Shown: in pieces, positions 54,706 to 64,000 of the stretch
How the letters are laid out: the number at the start of each line of letters is the position of its first letter
Position numbering within the stretch: position 1 is the first letter of the stretch
Assembly (NCBI GenBank): GCA_964491515.1
Contig: CAZBGQ010000002.1
Span: 14,329-78,328 of the forward strand
Source of the DNA: an uncultured Candidatus Peribacteria bacterium
GTDB lineage: Bacteria; Patescibacteriota; Gracilibacteria; UBA1369; UBA12473
Direction of reading: 5' to 3'
DNA: 64,000 bases
Translations under genes and position numbers: made by a program
The notes under the pieces: generated by a model
The model's input: only the letters and a program-made list of their open reading frames with translations
Told to the model about the DNA's origin: nothing
The model's database searches: none

Positions 54706-56115
54706 CTAAAAAAAATCGATTGACGCAAAAGGGATCATCGCACTCAGATGAGCAATTTGAATGATCGCCTCTAAAAAAAACCAGGCAACATATGCAACCA
54801 GCAAACCTCCATCCCACCACACATAAGAAATAAGCAACGCCCCAAACGACAATGCCATGGCCACAGGGATAAGTGACACCGCCGCCACATTCGCCAGAGG
54901 AGCAATAAGAGAAAAACGTCCAAAGCTAGAAATAATAATAGGAACCGCCAATGTCTGAGCCGCCAACGTTGTTACAAGCGCCTCCCGAATAGAAAGTGCT
55001 TTCGGAATAATGTCGTACACCTCCAACCACTTCAATCCTTGCTCAACGGTAGGTGTCATATAAATGAGTCCACACGTGGCCGCAAACGACAATTGGAAAC
55101 CCACATCATCCACCAGAATAAATGGATTCCACAATGTCATCCCAGCCGCTGTCAAAGCTAAAAGCCGCGTCACCTCAGATCGCCGCCCAAACCACACCGC
55201 CCACAAACCAAGAACTCCCATGATCGCCGAACGAACCACGGCGGCCGTTCCGCCAACCAAAACCACAAACACTCCAATCACACCGGTCGCCAACAATGTC
55301 TGCCATCTCCGAGATAAAGACTGAAACAATCCTGAAACAAAGACAATAATAAGCGTAATATTATAACCAGAAATCGCAATGATATGAGTGAGGCCACTCG
55401 TATTAAAATCTTCCATTATCCGCGGCGGGATTCCCCGCCGCGATCCCAGCAATAACCCAGCGGAAAAACTGGCATGAGGTTCTACCAGTAAACGGTTCAA
55501 TCGTGCCTCCACATGAACTTTCAAGCGAAACACCCACTCACGCCAATCCCACCACCGAGCCCGATCCTCAGCCGCTTGAATCAGCCTAACTCGTGGTGTG
55601 TACATCACCGAATCAACTCCATACCTTCTCAAGTAATTCCGATACGAGAAATCATCAAATTCATGCGGAGCAGTCAGTGTGCCTTCAAAGGACAAACGAT
55701 CTCCATACTGATATTCCGGATACCGATTCACCGTCACCAACGCAACACCATCCGTTTCTTGAGCTTCAAAACTATCTACTTCCACAAGTAATTTAATACG
55801 ATCCTCTCTCACATCCGGATAATCAGATACCACTCCTTCAACCACCACAAAAGCTTCTTCATCATGAAACGAAATCAAAGGGCGCTCCTCAAATTCCCAA
55901 AAAGCCAAACCCCATCTGAACCACCCAAACAAAAAAAGGCCTCCCCACAATAACCCATCTCTCCAAGAGCACCCAAAAACTCTCACTCCCACCACCCAAC
56001 CACTGGTAAGCACCAGTGAACTCACTGAAAATCCTCGACTTGCCCACCACACACCCAACACAAAAGCCCCCACTCCTATAATAATATCTCGATGATGTTT
56101 CAGCTCCTCAATCAT
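54706..56115 (-). CDS. comEC: ComEC/Rec2-family DNA internalisation channel (no metallo-beta-lactamase domain)
   Basis: OB-like N-domain (VVVEGVVSDYPDVREDRIKLLVEV) and a competence domain (GLTHIIAISGYNITLI). It ends after the last TM segment at 469 aa. Confidence 0.8.
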   Translation of the reverse strand: MIEELKHHRDIIIGVGAFVLGVWWASRGFSVSSLVLTSGWVVGVRVFGCSWRDGLLWGGLFLFGWFRWGLAFWEFEERPLISFHDEEAFVVVEGVVSDYPDVREDRIKLLVEVDSFEAQETDGVALVTVNRYPEYQYGDRLSFEGTLTAPHEFDDFSYRNYLRRYGVDSVMYTPRVRLIQAAEDRARWWDWREWVFRLKVHVEARLNRLLVEPHASFSAGLLLGSRRGIPPRIMEDFNTSGLTHIIAISGYNITLIIVFVSGLFQSLSRRWQTLLATGVIGVFVVLVGGTAAVVRSAIMGVLGLWAVWFGRRSEVTRLLALTAAGMTLWNPFILVDDVGFQLSFAATCGLIYMTPTVEQGLKWLEVYDIIPKALSIREALVTTLAAQTLAVPIIISSFGRFSLIAPLANVAAVSLIPVAMALSFGALLISYVWWDGGLLVAYVAWFFLEAIIQIAHLSAMIPFASIDFF

Positions 56116-56121
56116 TCCAGC

Positions 56122-56130
56122 AAAATAACA
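56122..56130 (-). promoter_or_regulatory. extended -10 (TGtTATTTT on the - strand), 6 nt before the comEC ATG (leaderless candidate)
   Basis: The reverse complement of 56122-56130 was read directly. The ATG occupies 56113-56115. Confidence 0.35.
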
Positions 56131-56215
56131 GCCTCACATGAACAAAACATTTCATAAAAATGAACAAATCTACCCCTAGACCCTCACCCCCCTTTTAAGG
56201 TATCGTTCATGCGCT

Positions 56216-57748
56216 ATGCATGAATTTCAACCACGACGTATTCGTAAAGGTCCACCACCCTCAGAAAGGGTTCGCGTAGATGAACAACCCAAACCTAAAA
56301 AAGCGCCACGCGAACACAAATCCATGTCTCAAATTCTGATTGGCGCTTTCTCCAAGCACTATATTTGGGGAACCATCCTAATTGTCGTTTTCATTGCTAT
56401 GGGAAAAGCAAGCTGGAACGTGGCCACCAATGCTAAAGAATTCACCGTCAAAGAAATCGTACTATCCGCATTCAGCGAAAAAGTCGACACCGATCGAAAC
56501 AATCACACCAATATTCTCCTCCTAGGAACCGGAACTGCCGACCATGACGGCGCTGACCTCACCGATACAATACTAGTCGCCAGCATCGATCATGACCATG
56601 ATCTGGTTTCTATGCTGTCCATCCCACGAGACCTATATGTAAATGTCCCTGAAATTTTCGGAGGCAACCGCATCAACAGCATCCTTGCCTTGGTCGCAGA
56701 ACAGGAAATTTACCACAAAGGACTCACAGCCTCACAAGAGGCAAAAGCCTTTGAACGAGCCTACGAAATTCTCATGCGCGAAGTAGAAGAGCTCACAGGA
56801 TTAGACATTCACTACTACGCACGCATCGATTTTAACGGATTCATCGACATAGTGGATGCCCTCGGAGGAATCGACCTCTATGTTGAAAACGACCTAGTCG
56901 ACCCCTTCTACCCTGCTGAAGACGGCGTCCACGACTTTCAACCATTTGCAATCAACGCCGGTCCTCAACACCTTGACGGAGACACCGCACTCCGTTTTGC
57001 ACGTAGTCGAAAAACCACCAGCGACTTCGACCGTGCCGCTCGCCAACAACAAGTCATTCAATCACTCAAAGAAAAAGCCCTTTCTATAGGAATCTTAACC
57101 AGTCCTAGCCGCCTCAAAAATCTTTACGGCGCATTTCAAACAAACTTCGACACCAATTTAGAATGGGATGAAATCGTTTATCTTGGAAAAATCGCCGCCG
57201 ACTTTAACCGAGACAATGTCAACAGCTGGGTCCTCAACGACAACCCCTTAACCGAAGGAGGATTTCTTTACACCCCAGAACGCGAACTTTACCAAGGCGC
57301 CTTTGTGCTCATCCCTTACATTGAAGACAGCACCGACATACACCGATTTGCCGACCTTATACTGAGCAATCCCATTGCCCATGACAACGAACTCACCTAT
57401 CAAATACTCAATGGCACAGGAGAAAACGGAATTGCCACTGAAACCATGTACTACCTAGGACGATTTGGCTTTGATGTCCCACGTTACGGAAACGCCGCCA
57501 AAGTTCCTATCGCAAAAACTCGCATCATCCCACGAGCAGCCCTACTTGAAGGACAATCTCCTCAAGACGCAGCCAAGCAACCTCAGCTCAAATACCTTCA
57601 TGAAAATTTAATTCCAGTAGGAGAAATCCTAACTGAAGTACCACTAGAATACGCACCTGCCGTCTGGGACACTCAAGTGGATGTCATTATTGAACTCGGT
57701 CAAGACTACATTAACTGGATGAATACTAACCTAAACTATTTTTACTGA
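56216..57748 (+). CDS. LytR-CpsA-Psr (LCP) family glycopolymer transferase with LytR_C-like C-terminal domain
   Basis: TM anchor, NILLLGTGTADHDGADLTDTILVASIDH...MLSIPRDLYV and ALRFARSRK...DFDRAARQQ. Confidence 0.85.
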   Translation: MHEFQPRRIRKGPPPSERVRVDEQPKPKKAPREHKSMSQILIGAFSKHYIWGTILIVVFIAMGKASWNVATNAKEFTVKEIVLSAFSEKVDTDRNNHTNILLLGTGTADHDGADLTDTILVASIDHDHDLVSMLSIPRDLYVNVPEIFGGNRINSILALVAEQEIYHKGLTASQEAKAFERAYEILMREVEELTGLDIHYYARIDFNGFIDIVDALGGIDLYVENDLVDPFYPAEDGVHDFQPFAINAGPQHLDGDTALRFARSRKTTSDFDRAARQQQVIQSLKEKALSIGILTSPSRLKNLYGAFQTNFDTNLEWDEIVYLGKIAADFNRDNVNSWVLNDNPLTEGGFLYTPERELYQGAFVLIPYIEDSTDIHRFADLILSNPIAHDNELTYQILNGTGENGIATETMYYLGRFGFDVPRYGNAAKVPIAKTRIIPRAALLEGQSPQDAAKQPQLKYLHENLIPVGEILTEVPLEYAPAVWDTQVDVIIELGQDYINWMNTNLNYFY

Positions 57749-58449
57749 TGCGACTCAATAAATTCATAGCTCATTCCGGATACTGTTCTCGCCGAAAAGC
57801 AGACAACCTCATCGCCGCCGGGAAAGTTTCAGTAAATGGAAAATTCACTCAAGAGATGGGCGTACAAATCAATCCCGAAAAAGACATCATCATTGTAGAC
57901 GGAGAAACACTCCACACTCCAGAAAATTTTACCTATATTCTACTCCACAAACCAACCGACTACACCACCACAAAGGACGATCCCTATACGAATCAAACCA
58001 TCTACGCACTCCTTCCCAAGGAATACCATCACCTCAATCCAGTGGGTCGTTTAGATAAAAACAGCGAAGGACTTCTACTCCTCACAGACGACGGAGAATT
58101 TCTTTATGAAATGACGCATCCCAAACACGGTCAGACAAAAGTTTATGACGTTCGTCTCAAATACCCACCCAAACCAAACGACATCTATCAACTTCAGAAA
58201 GGCACAATCCTTGAAGAAAAAACTGCAAAAGGAGTCACTCAATACCGGACCCAACCGTGCGAAATCACTCAAGGACGCGACGCCAGACATTTCAGGGTTT
58301 CTCTCCACGAAGGACGCAACCGCCAAATTCGAAAAATGTTCAAAAAAGTCGGATGCCCTGTTGTCTATTTAAAACGTATCTCAATGGGCCCGTATGAACT
58401 TGGGAAAGTTGCCAAAGGGAAATGGATTGAAACCAAAGACATTAGATAA
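57748..58449 (+). CDS. pseudouridine synthase, RsuA/RluB family
   Basis: S4 domain MRLNKFIAHSGYCSRRKADNLIAAGKVSVNG and catalytic VGRLDKNSEGLLLLTDDG. Confidence 0.85.
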   Translation: MRLNKFIAHSGYCSRRKADNLIAAGKVSVNGKFTQEMGVQINPEKDIIIVDGETLHTPENFTYILLHKPTDYTTTKDDPYTNQTIYALLPKEYHHLNPVGRLDKNSEGLLLLTDDGEFLYEMTHPKHGQTKVYDVRLKYPPKPNDIYQLQKGTILEEKTAKGVTQYRTQPCEITQGRDARHFRVSLHEGRNRQIRKMFKKVGCPVVYLKRISMGPYELGKVAKGKWIETKDIR

Positions 58450-58460
58450 TAACCTGCCTC

Positions 58461-59357
58461 ATGTTCAAAGCAATCCTTGCATTACTCATGACATCAGTTC
58501 TCCATGGAAACACCATGGCCCCTGCTGAATTCAACGAAAAAACCGCATGGGAACGACAACCCATCTTAAGCGTACAACCACTCCCCCAGAAATCAGACGA
58601 TGAAAGTCAGCTCGAAATAACCGCCGGCTCCGCCATTGTGATCGACCTCACTTCAAGTAAAATTCTATACACCAAAAACGAAACCGAACGTCGCCCCATC
58701 GCCAGCCTAACCAAACTAATGACCGGGTTAATCATCGCGTCCGAAGAAACTCCTTACACCGTCATCAAAGTCAGTCAAAACGCCGCCGGAACCGAAGGGT
58801 CCACTATTTTCCTCAATGCAGAAGAAGAAATCACGGTAAAAGATTTAGTTTATGGAATGATGATCGCCTCCGGCAATGATGCCGCCCTCGCCCTCGCCGA
58901 ATACAACGGAGGCTCCATGGAAAAATTCGTACGAAAAATGAACGACCGAGCCAAAAACCTAGGCCTAAATAATACACACTACACCAACCCAATGGGGTTC
59001 GACCATGAAAACAACTACTCCACCGCCGAAGACTTGTCACTTCTAAGTCTCTACGTTCTTCAAAACGACTTTCTCACCACCCCGGCCAATCTAGAGAAAT
59101 ACGAAATCGAAAGTCGCAGCGGAATTTCTCACGAATACGTAACCACCAATCAACTTCTAAACAAAGAACTGAACATCCCCGGTGTGGTGGTCCATGGACT
59201 CAAAACCGGTCGCACTCCAGACGCCGGAGAATGCCTAATCTCCGTTGCCACAGACGACAAAGGACATGAAATCATGACCGTGGTCCTCGGATCTCAAGAG
59301 CGTTTCCAAGACACCCAAAAATTGATAGAGTGGGTCTACACCAACTACCGTTGGTAA
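58461..59357 (+). CDS. D-alanyl-D-alanine carboxypeptidase (S11 / PBP5 family)
   Basis: SxxK (ASLTK), SxN (SGND) and KTG (KTGRT) motifs after a signal peptide. Confidence 0.85.
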   Translation: MFKAILALLMTSVLHGNTMAPAEFNEKTAWERQPILSVQPLPQKSDDESQLEITAGSAIVIDLTSSKILYTKNETERRPIASLTKLMTGLIIASEETPYTVIKVSQNAAGTEGSTIFLNAEEEITVKDLVYGMMIASGNDAALALAEYNGGSMEKFVRKMNDRAKNLGLNNTHYTNPMGFDHENNYSTAEDLSLLSLYVLQNDFLTTPANLEKYEIESRSGISHEYVTTNQLLNKELNIPGVVVHGLKTGRTPDAGECLISVATDDKGHEIMTVVLGSQERFQDTQKLIEWVYTNYRW

Positions 59358-59374
59358 CTTGAAAAAAATTCCCC

Positions 59375-60436
59375 ATGCCATTTCCTATCACCGACACCGT
59401 TCGCCATGTCCTACTAATTTTCTCCTCCTTTGGCTTTGCATTTATCATTGCCCTTGGTCTCGCACCATGGTTTATTCGCCAACTCCAAAAACTAAAAATG
59501 GGAAAACAAATCCGAGAAGTAACCACTGACGGAAAAGTTGCTAAACTATTCCATGCCCTCCATGCAGGGAAATCCGGAACTCCCACTATGGGAGGTATCC
59601 TTATCTGGGGCACAACATTAATTGTTCTAGGCTTGAGTCGACTCCTATCCTTTTTTGGAGTTTTTGACCATTCCCTCATCAACCGAAAAGAAACCTACCT
59701 TCCAATTTTTACACTTGTCACCGTCGCACTCCTAGGCGCACTTGATGACTACCTCAACATCAAGGGAATTGGGAAAAGCAAAGGACTCAATGTAGCCCCT
59801 AAATTCATCTGGCTAACGCTTTTTGCTGCCGCTGGCGCATGGTGGTTTTATTCTAAACTTGGCTACGACCAAATCCACCTACCCGGTATTGGAGATTTCT
59901 TCATTGGTATTTGGTACATCCCATTATTCATCCTAGTGATCATTTCGACCGCAAACGCCGTCAACATCACGGATGGACTGGACGGGCTCGCAGGAGGCCT
60001 CTCCGTCATCGCATTTGCCTCCTTTGGTGCCATCGCCTACATGGATGGACTAATGATTCTTGCCGCGTTCTGCGCAATCATTGCTGGCTCCACACTCGCC
60101 TTTCTTTGGTTCAACATTCCTCCCGCCAAATTCTATATGGGAGATACCGGATCATTATCCCTCGGCGCAACGCTGGGCGTGATTGCCATGCTCACCGACT
60201 CCGTGCTAATTCTTCCTTTCATTGGTTTCATTTTTGTCATCGAAACACTCTCTGTCATCATTCAACTTTCTTCCAAAAAAATCTTCAAAAGAAAAGTTTT
60301 TCACATCGCCCCCATTCATCACCACTTCGAACACATCGGCTGGCCCGAATCCCAAATCACCATGCGGTTTTGGATGATTGGCTCCATCGTGGCTGGATTC
60401 GGACTCGTCCTAGGATTAATTGGAAGTGGCGTTTAA
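59375..60436 (+). CDS. mraY: phospho-N-acetylmuramoyl-pentapeptide transferase
   Basis: GTPTMGG, DD(Y)LN, NAVNITDGLDGLAGG and PIHHHFE motifs. Confidence 0.93.
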   Translation: MPFPITDTVRHVLLIFSSFGFAFIIALGLAPWFIRQLQKLKMGKQIREVTTDGKVAKLFHALHAGKSGTPTMGGILIWGTTLIVLGLSRLLSFFGVFDHSLINRKETYLPIFTLVTVALLGALDDYLNIKGIGKSKGLNVAPKFIWLTLFAAAGAWWFYSKLGYDQIHLPGIGDFFIGIWYIPLFILVIISTANAVNITDGLDGLAGGLSVIAFASFGAIAYMDGLMILAAFCAIIAGSTLAFLWFNIPPAKFYMGDTGSLSLGATLGVIAMLTDSVLILPFIGFIFVIETLSVIIQLSSKKIFKRKVFHIAPIHHHFEHIGWPESQITMRFWMIGSIVAGFGLVLGLIGSGV

Positions 60437-62473
60437 AATAACCTCAAGGCCCACCTCATCTTCGCCTGGAACACCGGAGCCTTCGAACTGCCCACTTCGA
60501 TAATCTTTAAGTGGAAAATCATCAATAGACGCAGGCGTAAGTAACGCCTTTTCCATCAACACAACATCCATACTATCGTCTCCGTGCAAAGCTTCCACGT
60601 CGTTGAATAACTCAATAAGCTCAAAATCAAGTGGCACGCTCTTTTTCAAACGACCCAATACTTCCAACTGAATTTGGCGCTCTCCTTTCGAATCTTCCAA
60701 GAAAGTAGACAAATGCAAGACCGCTCGTTCCTTCAAATTCAACACCAACGTGTTCAATTGATACAACGTATCTTCATGAAGAGATCTCAACTGTTCCTTA
60801 ATTTCTTCACTCATTGAAACATCACTTGCCTCCAAAGTATCTAACACGGAACCCATCAATTTAAGCTGCTGCAAATCTCGTAATTTCTGATCCAAAATCT
60901 CAAAAACTACATCCCGTCGTTCCGAAAATTCCAATGACGACAATTCCTCTAAAATTTGCTCAAATCCCACTTGATAATCTTCAAGTGATGTCTGCGCCAA
61001 ATCATAAGCTCCGATTTGAATCAGCTCGAGAGCCAAGCCCAAACGATCTGCCGTGGTCTCCAATTGAATAACCTGACGATCCAACTCATTCGAAGCAACC
61101 AGCATTGCCGTTTGGTCAACAAAGTGACGAACATCATATAACGGCGCATCCGGCTCAACCGACCCCACCACTTTCTTACTTTCCTGAATCAATGCATTTA
61201 CCGGTGCCTCATATTCAACCGAAAGTTCGGTTAAATTTACCAATGTATCTTGATAATCATTCAATGCTTTTTGTGCCGCAACATCATCTCCTTGATGAGT
61301 CAGCGTCAATGCCTCTGCAAAACGAGTCCCCGCAAAAGACAAATACAAATCTGAACGTGTTTGTTCATCCAAACTAATAAGAAGCCTCGCCTTTTCAACA
61401 CCACGCTTCAAAGCGTACCGAACATCTCCCGGCAAAACTCCAGCCTGTTGTTCCACACGTTCTCGATAAAAAACATCCAAATGTAATCGATGCGTTTCAA
61501 GGTTTTGAAGATTGCTTTGAACCCACACATCCTCCGCCTTTAATTCCGATAAATTTTCTATACGCTCAATATTCAATTCTCCTTCAAGCAACGTTAATTC
61601 CAAATTAGGCCCCAACGTTCCATCATGTCCCACTCCTTGTTCATGCACACTAAAATTCACCAAATTAGAAAACACTCTCAATCGCTTAGAGTCATCCGTC
61701 ACCCAAAAGTCAAAACTCCCTCGGCGATCCACCGACACATCAAAATCTCCTGAAGACAAAACAAACATCGAATCATTTGAAAGCAAATTCAATACAGTAG
61801 ACCATACACGCCCTTGCTTCACTTCGACTTCAACAGATGTCCGAGCCTCATTATTAGGAGCTACCCATAACTGCGAAACAACCGCCACAGTCCCAGGCCC
61901 AACGGTCAATAAACTATCATCCACAAACACCACATCCGCCCATCCATCTTCACCCGTAACAAGACGATCTCCTTCTTCAATTAAAAATCCAGGTTCTACC
62001 GGCATAAGTTCACCCATTCGCTCAACAGAAACCATTCCACGCACTGATTCAACACTACTCACCTTGGCAGCCAGCACACTTGGAGCCTGTGCGACATAAC
62101 CAAACGTCCCTACAAACAAAATCAGCATCGCCATCGCAGTCGCCCAATACCGACGACGCGCAAATAAATCTTTCACTAAATCACGAAGCCACAAACGTTG
62201 AGTCCGAAGGGACAAGAAGTCCATCACATGCTCACGTGTATGTAATTTAAATCGAGAAGTAGGCGCCACATCCAATGTTAATTTTTCTAACTCCTGAGCT
62301 AACTGTTCAAACCCTAACTCCTCCATAGCCATCGAATCATCAATGCGTACAAAAACACGTTCCTTCAATGACTCTCGTTTCTTAACAGAAAAGTTAACAC
62401 GCTTAGAGCCCATCGAAAGAAGAGCTTCTTCGAGACGTTTCAACCGCTGTTTGTGAGTAAAAAGTTTAATCAT
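60416..62473 (-). CDS. anti-sigma-factor-like membrane protein (TM segment, FecR-like beta domain, long helical domain)
   Basis: It lies directly downstream of the ECF sigma gene. TM segment WATAMAMLILFVGTFGYV, then G.V.V.R.G....V..G..I.EGD.L.TG.DG.A.V.F.D.S.L. Confidence 0.5.
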   Translation of the reverse strand: MIKLFTHKQRLKRLEEALLSMGSKRVNFSVKKRESLKERVFVRIDDSMAMEELGFEQLAQELEKLTLDVAPTSRFKLHTREHVMDFLSLRTQRLWLRDLVKDLFARRRYWATAMAMLILFVGTFGYVAQAPSVLAAKVSSVESVRGMVSVERMGELMPVEPGFLIEEGDRLVTGEDGWADVVFVDDSLLTVGPGTVAVVSQLWVAPNNEARTSVEVEVKQGRVWSTVLNLLSNDSMFVLSSGDFDVSVDRRGSFDFWVTDDSKRLRVFSNLVNFSVHEQGVGHDGTLGPNLELTLLEGELNIERIENLSELKAEDVWVQSNLQNLETHRLHLDVFYRERVEQQAGVLPGDVRYALKRGVEKARLLISLDEQTRSDLYLSFAGTRFAEALTLTHQGDDVAAQKALNDYQDTLVNLTELSVEYEAPVNALIQESKKVVGSVEPDAPLYDVRHFVDQTAMLVASNELDRQVIQLETTADRLGLALELIQIGAYDLAQTSLEDYQVGFEQILEELSSLEFSERRDVVFEILDQKLRDLQQLKLMGSVLDTLEASDVSMSEEIKEQLRSLHEDTLYQLNTLVLNLKERAVLHLSTFLEDSKGERQIQLEVLGRLKKSVPLDFELIELFNDVEALHGDDSMDVVLMEKALLTPASIDDFPLKDYRSGQFEGSGVPGEDEVGLEVILNATSN

Positions 62474-62503
62474 AGACGCATAAATTACAACGCACCAATA
62501 AGG

Positions 62504-63157
62504 TTAATCGTTACGATGAAGACCACGTTCTTCCAAAACATGACGCAGCGCCTTAAGCGCTCGATACTGCAAAATCCGAACATTACCCTCACTCGAATCC
62601 ATAATCTGAGCAATTTCCTTATTACTAAAACCACTCAAATACTTAAGCACCAGAATCTGTTGGTAAGACTCTCTAAGATCAACCAACGCATCACGAATGA
62701 ATTTTTGATTCAACTTAACTGAAGCAAAATCCATAGGATCATCATCTGACTGAATAATGTGTTTAGGTAAATTCTCGCGCAATGAAATATGCGTACGAGT
62801 TTTACGATAGTGATCTACTACTAAATTATGAGCGATCCTAAACAGCCACGACGAAAACGGATGCTCTCCCTGAACATACTTATCAATATTTTCCCACACA
62901 CGCACAAAAACATCTTCCACCACATCTTCCACATCCTCCGGCTTCACTCGGTAATAAACGTAACGATAAATCGGATCAATATATAAATCATACAATCCGC
63001 CAAACGACTCAGCATCCCCATTCTGACACGCAGAAACCAAACGCTGAACTTCCTGTTCATCCGGCTTCGGCCTCTTGTTCATTTTTGGATCGTCCTTTCG
63101 AGGCATAAAAAAAGCGCTTAGGGGCTTTATTAAAACATAAAGCGCCACCTGACTCAA
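62504..63157 (-). CDS. ECF-type sigma-70 family RNA polymerase sigma factor
   Basis: Region 2 (LYDLYIDPIYRYVYYRV..EDVEDVVEDVFVRVW) and region 4 HTH (LVLKYLSGFSNKEIAQIMDSSEGNVRILQYRALKALR). The true start is probably an internal Met. Confidence 0.82.
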   Translation of the reverse strand: MSQVALYVLIKPLSAFFMPRKDDPKMNKRPKPDEQEVQRLVSACQNGDAESFGGLYDLYIDPIYRYVYYRVKPEDVEDVVEDVFVRVWENIDKYVQGEHPFSSWLFRIAHNLVVDHYRKTRTHISLRENLPKHIIQSDDDPMDFASVKLNQKFIRDALVDLRESYQQILVLKYLSGFSNKEIAQIMDSSEGNVRILQYRALKALRHVLEERGLHRND

Positions 63158-63172
63158 GGGGTCTACTCATAC

Positions 63173-64000
63173 TTAAAGCACATAAATCCAAAATGGAATC
63201 GTCACCACCGCAAAAACCGTACTCAATACAATTGAGCGAGCGATAAAAGATTTATCCAATTTATATTCATCCGCAAGCGCAAAAGGAGTTATAGCCAATG
63301 GCATGGCAGCATCCACAATCGACGCAGAAAAATCTACCACCTCCAGGTTCAAGCCCTTCACCACAAAATAAAACAACGCGGGAAGAAATAGTAATGTACA
63401 CACCGCAAACAAAATACTTGGGACCCAATCCTTCAATCGACCCCACTTAGAATTGCCCAAAAATAAACCAATCACCACAAGCACAACAGGAGTAACTGAC
63501 GCAGACAACATATCAAGTGATTTCTGAAAAACAGCCGGAATCGATACATCAAAATGAGAAAAAACCAATCCAAAAACCACGGCCAAAAGCAGCGGATTTT
63601 TAACAATACTCAAACCTATTTTTTTAAGTGCACCCGCCGCTTTCTTCTTCTTTAAATACTCCAAAAATCCAATACCCACCGTAAACATCCAAAACAAATA
63701 TACCGCCACAATCAAACTCGCCTCAGGTACGATCAACTCACCAAATGATTGAGTCAATGCTGGAATTCCCAAGTACGCCACATTTCCAAACCCCAAACAA
63801 AGAAACAACGTACGAAACATTTTATCCTTCACTCGAAACAATTTCCCCAACACAAAAACAATAACAAAACTCATCACCAGAAAAATGGAATTTGAAATCA
63901 ACAAATCAGCATGTTCAATAAACGAGAACTCCATCCTAGCCAACGCAGAAAAAATCAACGCCGGAAATCCAATCTTCAACGCAAAGGCATTCAATTCTTC
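63173..64000 (-). CDS. AEC-family (auxin-efflux-carrier-like) transporter, 5' end beyond the window
   Basis: Polytopic membrane protein. The frame stays open to the window edge upstream of the TTG chosen by the track. Confidence 0.65.
   Translation of the reverse strand, partial: EELNAFALKIGFPALIFSALARMEFSFIEHADLLISNSIFLVMSFVIVFVLGKLFRVKDKMFRTLFLCLGFGNVAYLGIPALTQSFGELIVPEASLIVAVYLFWMFTVGIGFLEYLKKKKAAGALKKIGLSIVKNPLLLAVVFGLVFSHFDVSIPAVFQKSLDMLSASVTPVVLVVIGLFLGNSKWGRLKDWVPSILFAVCTLLFLPALFYFVVKGLNLEVVDFSASIVDAAMPLAITPFALADEYKLDKSFIARSIVLSTVFAVVTIPFWIYVL

Overview
The 64 kb window is gene-dense and bacterial, with about 64 protein genes, one tRNA and the RNase P RNA. There are no rRNA genes, CRISPR arrays, integrases or transposases. 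The standard code applies, because TGA closes genes at ATGA overlaps. The content looks like a small-genome uncultivated bacterium, possibly CPR/Patescibacteria-like; that is an inference from many orphan genes, a giant surface protein, a short ComEC, and little or no Shine-Dalgarno signal.

Recognisable content:
- Housekeeping: secA, ftsK, gltX, the rpmH-rnpA-yidC-jag cluster, rnpB, nth and an RluB-like synthase.
- Envelope: ddl, alr, a D,D-carboxypeptidase, mraY, an LCP protein, an SLH-RlpA protein, galU and a WbaP-like priming transferase.
- Metabolism: split serine dehydratase sdaAA/sdaAB and ackA.
- An Rrf2-sufCBDS operon with a separated sufU.
- An ECF sigma / anti-sigma pair and two TrmB-like regulators.

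Observations most worth follow-up:
1. A 792-aa Ddl-Ddl tandem fusion. Its linker is a heptamer-periodic TAAAAAC element that recurs in two intergenic spacers.
2. A four-gene operon of unknown function running into alr: two paralogs, a cysteine-rich internally duplicated protein, and a mini kinase-like protein.
3. A 2092-aa beta-helix / Ig / TSP3-like surface protein.
4. A secreted protein with a PEP-CTERM-like tail next to the priming glycosyltransferase, with a C10 tract upstream.
5. Tandem membrane-anchored FAM173/ATPSCKMT-like methyltransferases.
6. An orphan promoter-to-terminator unit between ddl and alr.
7. Six genes with a -10 hexamer exactly 6 nt before the ATG, suggesting leaderless mRNAs.
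8. A very strong strand compositional asymmetry that gives genes on the two strands different codon preferences.

All family assignments rest on motif recognition by eye. No database search was run.
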